Below are positions 10,494 to 19,588 of a stretch of 64,000 bases of DNA, piece by piece; the first letter of the stretch is position 1; each line of letters begins with the position of its first letter. The notes under the pieces are model-generated. The model did not search any database. It was not told the origin of the DNA and saw nothing but the letters and a program-made list of their open reading frames with translations. The DNA is taken from positions 66,144 to 130,143 of the forward strand of contig CAITMK010000014.1 in the NCBI GenBank assembly GCA_903893485.1, written 5' to 3'. Origin of the DNA: Candidatus Magasanikiibacteriota bacterium (GTDB lineage: Bacteria > Patescibacteriota > Patescibacteriia > Magasanikbacterales > 2-02-FULL-50-9b). A program made the translations under genes and the position numbers.

Positions 10494-10988
10494 TTAGCCG
10501 CCCTGCGCCTCTGCACTGCGCCGGATGAGAACCGCCTCGGTTGGAGGCATCCGCATCTCTTCGAGCAGCCGTTGCAGCGACACGTGGTTGATGCAATTCC
10601 ATGTGCTGTAATGGATCGCCACAATGCCGTAGTCGCGCACGCTCTGCACGACCTCCGCGTTTTCATCGACGACGACATTGACTTCAAGCTCCTGGCACAG
10701 CACCGCCTTCTTGGAATCGTCATCGACCACATGGACATTGATGAGCGACGCGGCGAAACCGTCGAGCCAATACTTGAGCCACTCCTGCAAGAGATCGGCG
10801 TCGAGCTGCTCGCGCCCCGGCTTGGTGACGAAAACAAGGTTAACTTGATGTGAGCGCACGGCCCACATCAGTGTCTCGATCGCTTTTGGAAAAAACGGCA
10901 CTTTGCCGAATCCCCCGCGTTCGAATGCCTCGATTTGCGCGCCGTTAAACAGCGCCAAAGTATTTGCCACACCAAATGCAATTCGCAT
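10494..10988 (-). CDS. Hypothetical protein with a degenerate HAD/5'-nucleotidase-like fold
   Basis: GGAGG SD; TTGACT-N17-TATGCT promoter. MRIAFGVANTL and K..LCQELEVNVVVDE resemble HAD motifs I, III and IV. Confidence 0.65.
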   Translation of the reverse strand: MRIAFGVANTLALFNGAQIEAFERGGFGKVPFFPKAIETLMWAVRSHQVNLVFVTKPGREQLDADLLQEWLKYWLDGFAASLINVHVVDDDSKKAVLCQELEVNVVVDENAEVVQSVRDYGIVAIHYSTWNCINHVSLQRLLEEMRMPPTEAVLIRRSAEAQGG

Positions 10989-11145
10989 GACACCCTCCAT
11001 GAGTTGTGAAACTCGAGAAAAAAGCATACCACAAAATGGCCCGAAAGTCAAGGGTAATAGCTGCTTTTTTGTTCAAAATATAAAAATAAAAACAGGCAGC
11101 AACTTTTTGCAAAGTGCTGCCCGGAGCGAGGACGACGCGATCGCG

Positions 11146-11901
11146 CTAATCGTCATACGCTACAGAAACCTTGGTTGAACTGAACTGCGCCTCGCGCTTC
11201 ATGTCCAGGATAAAGTCCACTGCCTCGCCGTTGCTGCGATACGAAAGCTCGGACTGGTTGCAATCTGCCACCGCGCGCAAACCATTTTGCACGGTCGTGC
11301 GCACCAGCAGGTTGGCATCCTTGGAATACTGGCCGTCGTTGATAACCTTCACACGGACCGTGGCGCCACGCTTGCCAAACACGCGGATCAGCGTTTCCGC
11401 GCCATCGTACGGACCTTTGGTAATTTGCCGCGGGCACATGTAATTGAGCACGTGCGGCGCATTATCCTTCGTCCATTCTGAGCGTGGAATCACCTGCGGA
11501 ATTTGCAACTCCGCAGACTTTTCGGACAAATGGAATGGCGCCCGCTCCGCATATTCCAGAAATTTCTCGAACGCGACATCTTGCGTCGCCGTGTCGGTTG
11601 GCGAGCATGCCATTTGCGCCGCCGTGCCGCCGTTGAACAGCTGCAATTCGCAGTACACGTCGTGGATCTGTTCTGCAGACGAGGCGGCCTCTGGAAGTCC
11701 AACCGCCACGGATGTCACCGCTTCAATTGCAGGCGTCGGGTCCGACGGCACAATGTTCGCGATGAGTTCCTGGCGATACACGATGCACGCAATGAGAACC
11801 GCCAACGCCGCAGAAATAAGCAGCGCGCGATCAACCTGCCGCGCGTTCCAAAACGACCGTCCGATTTCACTTACCGGAATTCCTTTTGGGAATTTTTTCA
11901 T
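11146..11901 (-). CDS. Hypothetical single-TM extracytoplasmic protein
   Basis: GGAGG SD; TTGACA-N17-TATGGT promoter; N-terminal TM helix. Confidence 0.7.
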   Translation of the reverse strand: MKKFPKGIPVSEIGRSFWNARQVDRALLISAALAVLIACIVYRQELIANIVPSDPTPAIEAVTSVAVGLPEAASSAEQIHDVYCELQLFNGGTAAQMACSPTDTATQDVAFEKFLEYAERAPFHLSEKSAELQIPQVIPRSEWTKDNAPHVLNYMCPRQITKGPYDGAETLIRVFGKRGATVRVKVINDGQYSKDANLLVRTTVQNGLRAVADCNQSELSYRSNGEAVDFILDMKREAQFSSTKVSVAYDD

Positions 11902-11929
11902 GAGTCCTCCAACTCGGTGAGGGGGAAAG

Positions 11930-12313
11930 TTACCCGGGCACCATACCGGATTTTGGGGGTTTTGTCAATGGTGAGAGGGCCAAAAACTTTTGCATTTCGA
12001 TACAGACTTTTTCGTAGAGATTTTTTTCTGAGACGCGGATTGCGCAGAGACGCTGCGTGGCCCAAAGACGGAATTGCATGCCACGAACTGCCCGGAAATT
12101 CCGGACAGTTGGATTTCGCTCTAATTCACCCTCTTCGTACAGTTTCTGAACATGTTCAGAAACAGTGCGTTTATCTTTTTGAAAAAGATCGACCATTTGC
12201 ATAAGACTCAAACACACCGTTTCGTCCTGCAAACGCACCTGAACCTGCAGCGATCCATCGGCAGCTTCGTATAAAATAATTTGGTTTTGATGTTCCCCGC
12301 CCTGAGACAACAT
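11930..12313 (-). pseudogene. Internally deleted RhuM (virulence_RhuM) family remnant
   Basis: QIILY..DG..VQVRLQDETVCLSLMQMVDLFQKDKRTVSEH..YEEGEL, RGMQFRLWATQRL and IRVSEKNLYEKV are joined directly, without the segments that normally separate them. Confidence 0.75.
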
Positions 12314-12547
12314 ATTTTTAAAATTAAAATGGCATGCAAAAACTATGCCCGAACAAAAACCGAATGTCAAGAGTGGTTATGCACTTTTTGTGCACAGAAA
12401 ATTCCGTGAAATAAAAAAACACCACACCGCTTGAGCATCCTGGGTAGGATTGCAGCAAGCAATGTGGCGTCACTCAACTCGTTGTGTGAGTGTGACCCTT
12501 TCGGATCATTGCAGAGTCGCCGTTACTGAGGCGCTACTGCGTTGGAA

Positions 12548-14464
12548 CTACTGCGGCGTGAACGTGAACTTCGCGGTGCCCTTCACGTAGCCGTTCAGGT
12601 TCTTCGGGCCAGAGATGCCGTCGAACCAGAGGCGCTGATTGGGCTGACCCGTGCCGCTGAAGCTGATCGCCGTCTGACCGCCTTGCAGGCAATCCGACGC
12701 CGTCATTTCCTTCGGCAAATCCGGCCCGCAATTGACGGTCTGCTGCAGCATCATGAGGATGCTGGTGGAAGGCGAAACCGTCTTGTCCGGCGCAATCGTG
12801 ACCGAGACCTTCACGCTTTGCGGCGCGCTGATCACGTACACTTGCTCCGGGCCAGTCGCGCCCGAAACCGTCATGCCGTCCGCGCACGTCCATTTGTCCA
12901 CCGTTTGCTTTCCGGCGGGCGCAGTGGTCGTGTCGACGTTTTTGCTAATGACGAGCGTGCCGCTGCCCGTGTAAGTAACGTAGACCACGTCGCTGCACAC
13001 ATCGCACGCGCCGCCTTCGTCGATCTGCAAGTTGCAGTTGTCGTCGAAGCCGTTGCAGACCTCCGGCGCATTCGGGTGGACGCTCGCCTTCGAGTCGTCG
13101 CAGTCCGTGTCGTCAAGGATCCACTTGCCCACGGGCGCGCATGCCAGCGTCGTCACGGCCGCGTTGCCGTAGCCGTCGCCATCGCCGTCCCAGTAAAGCG
13201 TCAACTTCACGCCCTCGTCGATCTGCTTGTCGCAGTTGTCGTCGAGGCCGTTGCAAACCTCCTTGGCGCCCGGGTAGATGGCGGCGTTGGTGTCGTCGCA
13301 GTCCGTCGAGTCGCTCACGTAGCCGGCCGGAGCCGAGCACGCTTGCTTGGTGCTGCTGAGGTTGCCGAACTTGTCGCCATCCGTGTCGGCGTAGTAGGTC
13401 GTCTGAACGCCCTCGTCGATCTGCTTGTCGCAGTTGTCGTCGAGGCCGTTGCAAACCTCCTTGGCGCCCGGGTAGATGGCGGCGTTGGTGTCGTCGCAGT
13501 CCGTCTTGCTCGTGACCTTGAAGTTCGCGTCTGCCGAGCACTGGCACGAACCGCTACCGGCGCCGTAAGTGTCACCGTCCACATCAGCGTAGAACCAGGT
13601 GCAGTTGAGCACGTTGCCTGCCGGATCGACGCTGCCATCGCAGTTGTCATCGACGCCCACCGTACTGCAATCGTCCATGATGCCCGGGTGAATCTTGGGA
13701 TCCAGGTCGTTGCAGTCATCGGAACTGGTCACGTAGTTGAGCGGCTCGGTGCAGCCCATCTTCGTGCTCGAGGAAAGGCCATGACCGTCGCCGTCGCCGT
13801 CGAAATAGAACGTCGTCTGGACGCCGTTGTCGATGACGGTGTCGCAGTCATTGTCCTTGCCGTCGCACGTTTCCTTGACCGGCAGACCCTGCGTGCACGT
13901 CGGATTGGGGTCCAGCGTGCCGTCCGGTTTGCATGCCAAAGCGTCGCAGGCGCATTCGCCGACGCCCACTTTGGTGCCCGGAAAGCTCGCCTTCGGCGGC
14001 GTCATGCACAAGAAGCGCGTGATGCCGTCGGTGGTTTCCAGCGGCACGGGAACCGAGTCCACGCACTTGCTGTTGGTCGAGGCCGCCACCGCCGCATCGC
14101 AGCCGCCGGACGAAGTGCTGAACGACGCGTCGTCGAGACCCAGCGGCGAAGCCGAGCAATCGAACGCCATCGCATCGAAGTTGTACGGGCAATCCGGCGC
14201 GAGCACGCACTTCTGGATGCTCTTGTTCCACGCCCACTTGGTGCGGTGAATCGGATCATCGGGCAGCGCGTCGCACAGCGTCTGGCTGATGGCCAGCTTG
14301 GCCGTGAGCGCGAACGATTGCGAGCCGAACGTCGCCGTCGGCGCTTGGGGCGCGGTTTTCACCGCATCGAGCACCGCAGAACCGCTCTGCGGTGCGGTCG
14401 GACCGGCACAGCCGATCAGACTTGCCAGCGCACAAAGCGCCAGCAAAGGGTTGAACTTCTTCAT
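12548..14464 (-). CDS. Cys-rich lipoprotein with MopE-related putative metal-binding repeats
   Basis: Lipobox LIGC; repeated DCDD..A.IYPGA.EVCNG.DDNCD.QIDEG and YxDxDGDGYG motifs; AGGAG SD. Confidence 0.88.
   Translation of the reverse strand: MKKFNPLLALCALASLIGCAGPTAPQSGSAVLDAVKTAPQAPTATFGSQSFALTAKLAISQTLCDALPDDPIHRTKWAWNKSIQKCVLAPDCPYNFDAMAFDCSASPLGLDDASFSTSSGGCDAAVAASTNSKCVDSVPVPLETTDGITRFLCMTPPKASFPGTKVGVGECACDALACKPDGTLDPNPTCTQGLPVKETCDGKDNDCDTVIDNGVQTTFYFDGDGDGHGLSSSTKMGCTEPLNYVTSSDDCNDLDPKIHPGIMDDCSTVGVDDNCDGSVDPAGNVLNCTWFYADVDGDTYGAGSGSCQCSADANFKVTSKTDCDDTNAAIYPGAKEVCNGLDDNCDKQIDEGVQTTYYADTDGDKFGNLSSTKQACSAPAGYVSDSTDCDDTNAAIYPGAKEVCNGLDDNCDKQIDEGVKLTLYWDGDGDGYGNAAVTTLACAPVGKWILDDTDCDDSKASVHPNAPEVCNGFDDNCNLQIDEGGACDVCSDVVYVTYTGSGTLVISKNVDTTTAPAGKQTVDKWTCADGMTVSGATGPEQVYVISAPQSVKVSVTIAPDKTVSPSTSILMMLQQTVNCGPDLPKEMTASDCLQGGQTAISFSGTGQPNQRLWFDGISGPKNLNGYVKGTAKFTFTPQ
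13209..13505. repeat. Exact 99-bp intragenic direct repeat (13209-13307 = 13407-13505)
   Basis: Both copies encode TDCDDTNAAIYPGAKEVCNGLDDNCDKQIDEGV with identical nucleotides, 198 bp apart. Confidence 0.9.
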
Positions 14465-14708
14465 CTTTGAAATCTCCTGTCAAAAAACACGATCGCTCTT
14501 TCGAGCCTCCCTCCCCACCGCGCACTCGCGCAGTAGGTAATTGTCGGCGCCGGGATAAAACGCCTGACGAATTCATCTCCTTATTGATGTCGTCAGGATT
14601 TTCATCTTTTAAAAAATAGGACCCCGGCAGCAGCAGCGTTCTTGCCACTGCTACCGGGTGAATCATTTCTCGTCTGATTCAGACGTTGCGCGGCTCGTTG
14701 GCCTGCGC

Positions 14709-16397
14709 TTACTTCTTGAACTTGGCGCACCAATCCACGACACCGCCTGGACCAAACATGTCCGGCAAAGCGATGTTGCTCTCGATGTCAAAGTCACCGG
14801 GACCCAGATCCACGAGCGGCACCAAAGCGCCGAGCGGATCTTGTACCGTCATGTACGGACCGCCAATCGCGTAGTGATCCTTGCCCTTGTTGAGCATGGA
14901 ATACGCGGTGCCGCCAAATTCGATCGGCGGAGTACCCTTGGCCGCGCCGACGTCGTACGCGTCACAAAACAGCTGCGCCGAGATCTTCACTTCGGGCGAG
15001 ATGCCCGAGATGTAGTTCGGAGCACCCGCCAGCTTGAAGTAGCCCCAGCTATTCCCGATAGTGGTCAGGATCATAGCATACGGCGCCGGCGCGTACAAGC
15101 CCATGATGTCCGAGCTTTCGCCCGTGCTCATCGTGAAAAACAGCGGCGTCCATTCACAGCCAACCTGCGAGTCGCAGGTGTCCAACGTCCAGTACTTCTG
15201 GTCGTTGCACTTGGCGGTGACCGTTGCGAAGGACCACGGAACAAACTGGCAGCCCAGCAGCGGCAGGCACGAATCGTCGGTGCACTTGTCGCCATCATCG
15301 CACGTCACGACCGTACCCTTGCAGGCAGCGGTCTTGTCGCAGATGTCGCCGTCTGTGCACAGATTGCCGTCCGTGCACGACTTGCCCACAATGGGCAGGT
15401 GCTTGAACACGCCGGTCTGCGGATCACACTTGGCGTCCTCCGTGCATTCGTTGCCGTCGTCCTCGAGCTTGGCCTCCGACAAGCACTTGCGCAGATCCGT
15501 ATCGCACGTCACCTGGATGCACAGATTGCCTTTGAATTGCGGCTGCGCGAGGCAGTCCGCATCCGTGTTGCAATCGTACGCCGGCAAACCTTCACAGGTG
15601 CCGGCCGTGCAAACGTCATTCTCCGTCGCCGGATTCCCGTCGTCGCACTTGCTGCCATCCTTCAGCTCCGCGGTCTGGCAGCCCAGCTTGGCGTCGCAGG
15701 AATCGGTCGTGCACGGGTTGCCGTCGTCGCACTTCAGGGTCGAACCTTTGCATGCGCCGACCGCACAAGTATCCGCTGTCGTGCATACGTTCCCGTCATC
15801 ACACGCCGCCGTGTTGTTCGCGTAGACGCAGCCCTTGGCTTTGTCGCACGAGTCATCGGTGCATGCGTTGCCGTCGTTGCAGGGCAACGTCGCGCCTTCG
15901 CACGAACCCGCCTTGCAGCTGTCGCCGGTGGTGCAGGCATCGCCGTCGTCGCACACGATTGCCGTGGCGATTGGTGACGCGACGCACTTGCCGAGCTTGG
16001 CATCACAGCTGCTGACGACGCACGGGTTGCTATTGTCGCAAACCACGGACACGCCCTTGCAGTAGCCAACGCCATCGCAGGCGTCGCCGGTGGTGCACGC
16101 GAGCTTGTCGTCGCACGCCGTGCCTTCCTTGGGATACGTCGCGCCTTTCGGCCGAACGCATTGCCCGGAAACGCACGTGAACTGGACATCGCATGTGGTC
16201 TTGTTCAGCGGCGCGCAATCCGGATTCGTTTCGCACAGCACGATTTGTGCCACAGAAACGTCCGGCGCGGGCGCCTGAACATCGACCTGAACGCTGCCGG
16301 CGTCCTCGGTGGGCGCGCTACCGCCCGAACCAGCTGCCTGCGTACAGCCCGCGACAATCGCGAACGGCACGCAGAGTTTGATCAAACGCGTGAACAT
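14709..16397 (-). CDS. Cys-rich lipoprotein with CDDGNxCTxDxC (Dictyostelium CTDC-like) repeats
   Basis: Lipobox VAGC; about a dozen CDDGNxCTxDxC-type units; GGAGGT SD. Confidence 0.88.
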   Translation of the reverse strand: MFTRLIKLCVPFAIVAGCTQAAGSGGSAPTEDAGSVQVDVQAPAPDVSVAQIVLCETNPDCAPLNKTTCDVQFTCVSGQCVRPKGATYPKEGTACDDKLACTTGDACDGVGYCKGVSVVCDNSNPCVVSSCDAKLGKCVASPIATAIVCDDGDACTTGDSCKAGSCEGATLPCNDGNACTDDSCDKAKGCVYANNTAACDDGNVCTTADTCAVGACKGSTLKCDDGNPCTTDSCDAKLGCQTAELKDGSKCDDGNPATENDVCTAGTCEGLPAYDCNTDADCLAQPQFKGNLCIQVTCDTDLRKCLSEAKLEDDGNECTEDAKCDPQTGVFKHLPIVGKSCTDGNLCTDGDICDKTAACKGTVVTCDDGDKCTDDSCLPLLGCQFVPWSFATVTAKCNDQKYWTLDTCDSQVGCEWTPLFFTMSTGESSDIMGLYAPAPYAMILTTIGNSWGYFKLAGAPNYISGISPEVKISAQLFCDAYDVGAAKGTPPIEFGGTAYSMLNKGKDHYAIGGPYMTVQDPLGALVPLVDLGPGDFDIESNIALPDMFGPGGVVDWCAKFKK

Positions 16398-16679
16398 GAT
16401 AAACCTCCGAAACAAGTTGAGACACTGTTGGCACACAAGAAAAAGAGCCGAGGAGCAACCGCGAGAAATAACCGTGAGGAATCTCCCCGCAGATCAACCC
16501 CCGACGCCAAAGAATTTGGAGAGGGAGCGACATATGAGAGTATCACAATCCCGCAACAATGTCAAGCCTCTAAAATAAAAAAAGACCCCCGAAACCAACC
16601 GCGCGTGATGCGTTGTTGGTCCGGGGAGTCGGTTGTGGTATTGGGCGCCGGTCGGCGATGCAATACGAGGGGGTGACCG

Positions 16680-18032
16680 CTAGAAGAAGCGATCGAGGAT
16701 GCGGTAGGCGTCGCACGTAAGTGTGCCGAACATCGCCGTCTTGCCCGTACCGGCCGGCAACGTACCGTTGCTGATCGTGTACTGGTTCGGGACGATGTAG
16801 TCGACCGTCGTCACGTTGTTCGGGCCCGTGGTAAGGACCTGAAACGCGTGATTCGTGCCGACTTTCTTGGTTGCCGACGTGCAGCTTGAGCCGATGTAGC
16901 CGGGCGAGAAGTCGCCGGCCGCCCACTTGATGTAGAAGCCCGCGCCGTTCGCGCTGCTGTTCACCTTGCTGCACCACTTGTTGCTCACGCCGACCTGGGT
17001 CATGTTGAGCGAGTCGCCGTCCAAGGACCAGATGCCGCCGTACACGAACTCGCCGTTCACGGAAACGATCTGATCATCGGCCTGCACGCACACTTTGTAC
17101 TGGCCGCCGCTTTGCGCCGGCGTTCCGGTGTGCGAACACGTGATCTTGCTGGTGTCCGTGGTGGGCGTGGTCGTGCCGGTGCACTGGTCGAGCGTCGCGG
17201 CGTTGGCGTCATCGCAGAGGAAATCCGCGCTGACGGTGGGGTCAGTGGTCGGCGCGCAGCCGATCTGAATCCCGTTTTGCCACTGGCACATGCCTTTCAG
17301 CATGGCCTGCTTCTGGACGCCTTTCGCGCTGCAGTAGTACGTCGGCGAACCGTCGCACAAGCTGGGATCCGAGCAAGCGAACACGCCATTCAGCGCGTTG
17401 CACGCGCCGGTGAGCGAGTTGCAGACCTGGCCCGCCGGGCAGCTGTTTTGCGTGCAGCTTTGCGGCGCCGTGTTGGGAGTGTTGGTGCACTTGAAGGTGT
17501 TCCAATCCCCCGTGCACGAATCAGTCGTGCTCGGATCGTTGTCGCTGCAGCTGTAGGGCTGCGACGGCTGATTCGAGTCGTACTCGCAGTACTGCCCCGC
17601 GCCCGTGCCGAAGCACATGCCCGTGAAAAAGTACTGCGTGGCCACGCCGGCATCACAATGACGCGACGTCAGCTGACAGGTGACCCCGTCGCAGACGTGC
17701 GCCACTTTGTTGGGATCCACCTGCGGCACCGAGCACACGCCCGTGTCGCAAATCTGGTTCCCGGTGCACGTGCCGCACGAGCCGCCGCAGCCATCGCTGC
17801 CGCAGTCGTGCGTGCCGCACTTGGGCGTGCACGCGTCGGCCGAAGCCGTCGCGTCCGTGCCGTTGCTGGTGTCCGAGTTGCTCGCATCCGCCGCCGCGCA
17901 GCTGGCGCAGTCCGTGGACAAACCCACAATGGGCTGGTCGGCAGGCTGGTCGACCGGGATGGCGCAGCCGGTGAAACCGGTGGCGCAGACCAACGCACAC
18001 GCGATGGCCAGAAACTTCTTGACGTTCAACAT
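16680..18032 (-). CDS. Cys-rich lipoprotein (myxobacteria-type CGxDGCGGSCGTC motif)
   Basis: Lipobox FTGC; CTPKCGTHDCGSDGCGGSCGTC; GAGGAG SD. Confidence 0.85.
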   Translation of the reverse strand: MLNVKKFLAIACALVCATGFTGCAIPVDQPADQPIVGLSTDCASCAAADASNSDTSNGTDATASADACTPKCGTHDCGSDGCGGSCGTCTGNQICDTGVCSVPQVDPNKVAHVCDGVTCQLTSRHCDAGVATQYFFTGMCFGTGAGQYCEYDSNQPSQPYSCSDNDPSTTDSCTGDWNTFKCTNTPNTAPQSCTQNSCPAGQVCNSLTGACNALNGVFACSDPSLCDGSPTYYCSAKGVQKQAMLKGMCQWQNGIQIGCAPTTDPTVSADFLCDDANAATLDQCTGTTTPTTDTSKITCSHTGTPAQSGGQYKVCVQADDQIVSVNGEFVYGGIWSLDGDSLNMTQVGVSNKWCSKVNSSANGAGFYIKWAAGDFSPGYIGSSCTSATKKVGTNHAFQVLTTGPNNVTTVDYIVPNQYTISNGTLPAGTGKTAMFGTLTCDAYRILDRFF

Positions 18033-18131
18033 GACAGACTCCTCAAGCAATAAGGCCGATTAGGCCGTGGGTGAAAAACAAACTGACACTGGAAAGGAAC
18101 GCAGAACTTCTGTGCGACGAATTACGTCGTA

Positions 18132-18227
18132 AACAAAAGCACTGAGTTCGCCTGACAAGCTGCGTGTTATGAAGGAGGGAGCATAACAGCTACTCGTCAG
18201 ACGAACTCAGCGCTCATGGCTTTTGTT
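18132..18227 (-). promoter_or_regulatory. About 95-nt hairpin in the 5' leader of the 16680 lipoprotein gene
   Basis: AACAAAAGC..CTGAGTTCG.CTGAC..TGTTATG / CATAACA..GTCAG.CGAACTCAG..GCTTTTGTT, just downstream of TTGACA-N17-GATAAT. Confidence 0.65.
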
Positions 18228-18363
18228 GTCCGGGATGCTATTATCAGATGCTTTATATTAGTTGTCAAGAAACGTCCTGTGGAAAAAAATCTCCGGGGTG
18301 GTCGACAAGCGTTATTGCTTGCCGACCACCCCTTCGTTGTTGCTCTTGCCGCCGGTTAGGTGA

Positions 18364-19335
18364 CTAGAAGCCGTACTGGATCCCGAACGTGACGCCGAGC
18401 ACCGGATCGAACTTGACGCCGTGGTCCAGGTTGCCCCGGAGGTCAAACGCGAAATTCGACTTGCCCATGAAAATCTCCGCACCCAGCGCCCCGCCGAACC
18501 GGTTTTCCGTCACATTGTGACTGAACCCGTTTTCAGCGATGCTGACCGCGTGGAAGCCGGCGTAGATCGCAAATTCGCGATGAAAATCGATCTTGGCCGC
18601 TGCCAGGTAATCGATCTCCGCGTGATTGTCGCCGCCGAAGGCCATGCGCACATCGAACTTGCCGTCCAGCCACTGGTGGCCGAACGATTCGATGCCGAGG
18701 CCAAAGCCACCGATGCCCGTCTGGTTCACGCCGCCGAAACCGGCGAGGATGAACTTCCACGAGGACGGCACGTTGGCGATCGGATTGACCCGGGGCGCCT
18801 GCGGCACGTACTGCTGCGGTTGCGGCTGCGGCGTGACCAGTTCCTTCCGGAGCTGCTTGAGCCCCGTCCACGCCGCCTGGGCGATGACCAAAGCCTCGCG
18901 AGCTTCGGACGCCGTCTGCAGCGTGTTGACCAGGATGCCGGCCTGCCGCGCCCGCATCAGCCGCAACGCGACGTCGTCGTCGTGATACTTGATCACTTCG
19001 ACGATGCGCGTGGCGGACACCACGCAACGGGGGTTGCGGAGCTGATCGTGAATCTTCTCGAGGGCGCTCACGCGCACGACGAGAGACGTGATCAGCTGCT
19101 GCGACAACCCGTTCGCACTCGCCTGCCCAGCCATCTGCTGGATCGTGGCGTTGCGCTCGGTCTTGGCCATGTCGGTCAACGTATCGACCGCTTTCGCCGC
19201 CTCCGCCCGCATCTCCGGAGAGAGCGGGCGATCGTCCGGCGCAGCGGGCGCCAAATTGACCTGCTGCGCAAACGCAGCCGGGGCCGAGACACAGAACATC
19301 AAGGTCGCCATCGCGACCGTCATCAACTTCTTCAT
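18364..19335 (-). CDS. Secreted protein with a helical N-terminus and a C-terminal outer-membrane beta-barrel-like domain
   Basis: Sec signal ending AFA; alternating amphipathic Gly/aromatic strands; ends GVTFGIQYGF (beta-signal-like); AGGAG SD. Confidence 0.75.
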   Translation of the reverse strand: MKKLMTVAMATLMFCVSAPAAFAQQVNLAPAAPDDRPLSPEMRAEAAKAVDTLTDMAKTERNATIQQMAGQASANGLSQQLITSLVVRVSALEKIHDQLRNPRCVVSATRIVEVIKYHDDDVALRLMRARQAGILVNTLQTASEAREALVIAQAAWTGLKQLRKELVTPQPQPQQYVPQAPRVNPIANVPSSWKFILAGFGGVNQTGIGGFGLGIESFGHQWLDGKFDVRMAFGGDNHAEIDYLAAAKIDFHREFAIYAGFHAVSIAENGFSHNVTENRFGGALGAEIFMGKSNFAFDLRGNLDHGVKFDPVLGVTFGIQYGF

Positions 19336-19588
19336 GACGAACTCCTACACAGTAAAGTGACCGCGAGGGCCACGAAAGAAACTACCAGTGAAAAGGGCGC
19401 GTGCTAAGTATCCGATCGGACACCTACCACTTCTGCTTTTGAGAGCATATCTGTACTGCCTAAAGCAACACGGACATGATCTTAAAATAATCGTCCTGGG
19501 GAGCGAAATCGTGGATTCGGCGGTTGCCTTATCACACTTCTTCGCTCCCCAAGGAGTTTGCGCCCCAGTCACTTAGGGGCATTTGGCG

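Noticed and set aside
13209-13505. CRISPR array or DGR template/variable repeat pair
   Set aside because: Only two in-frame coding copies, identical with no adenine-specific differences, and no reverse transcriptase or cas genes in the window.
12542-14470. 642-aa plus-strand ORF and other long antisense ORFs over the island (14658-15977, 17112-18053, 18421-19407, 19583-20542)
   Set aside because: Shadow frames caused by strong GC3 bias. The minus-strand genes have the SD, signal peptides and recognisable repeats.
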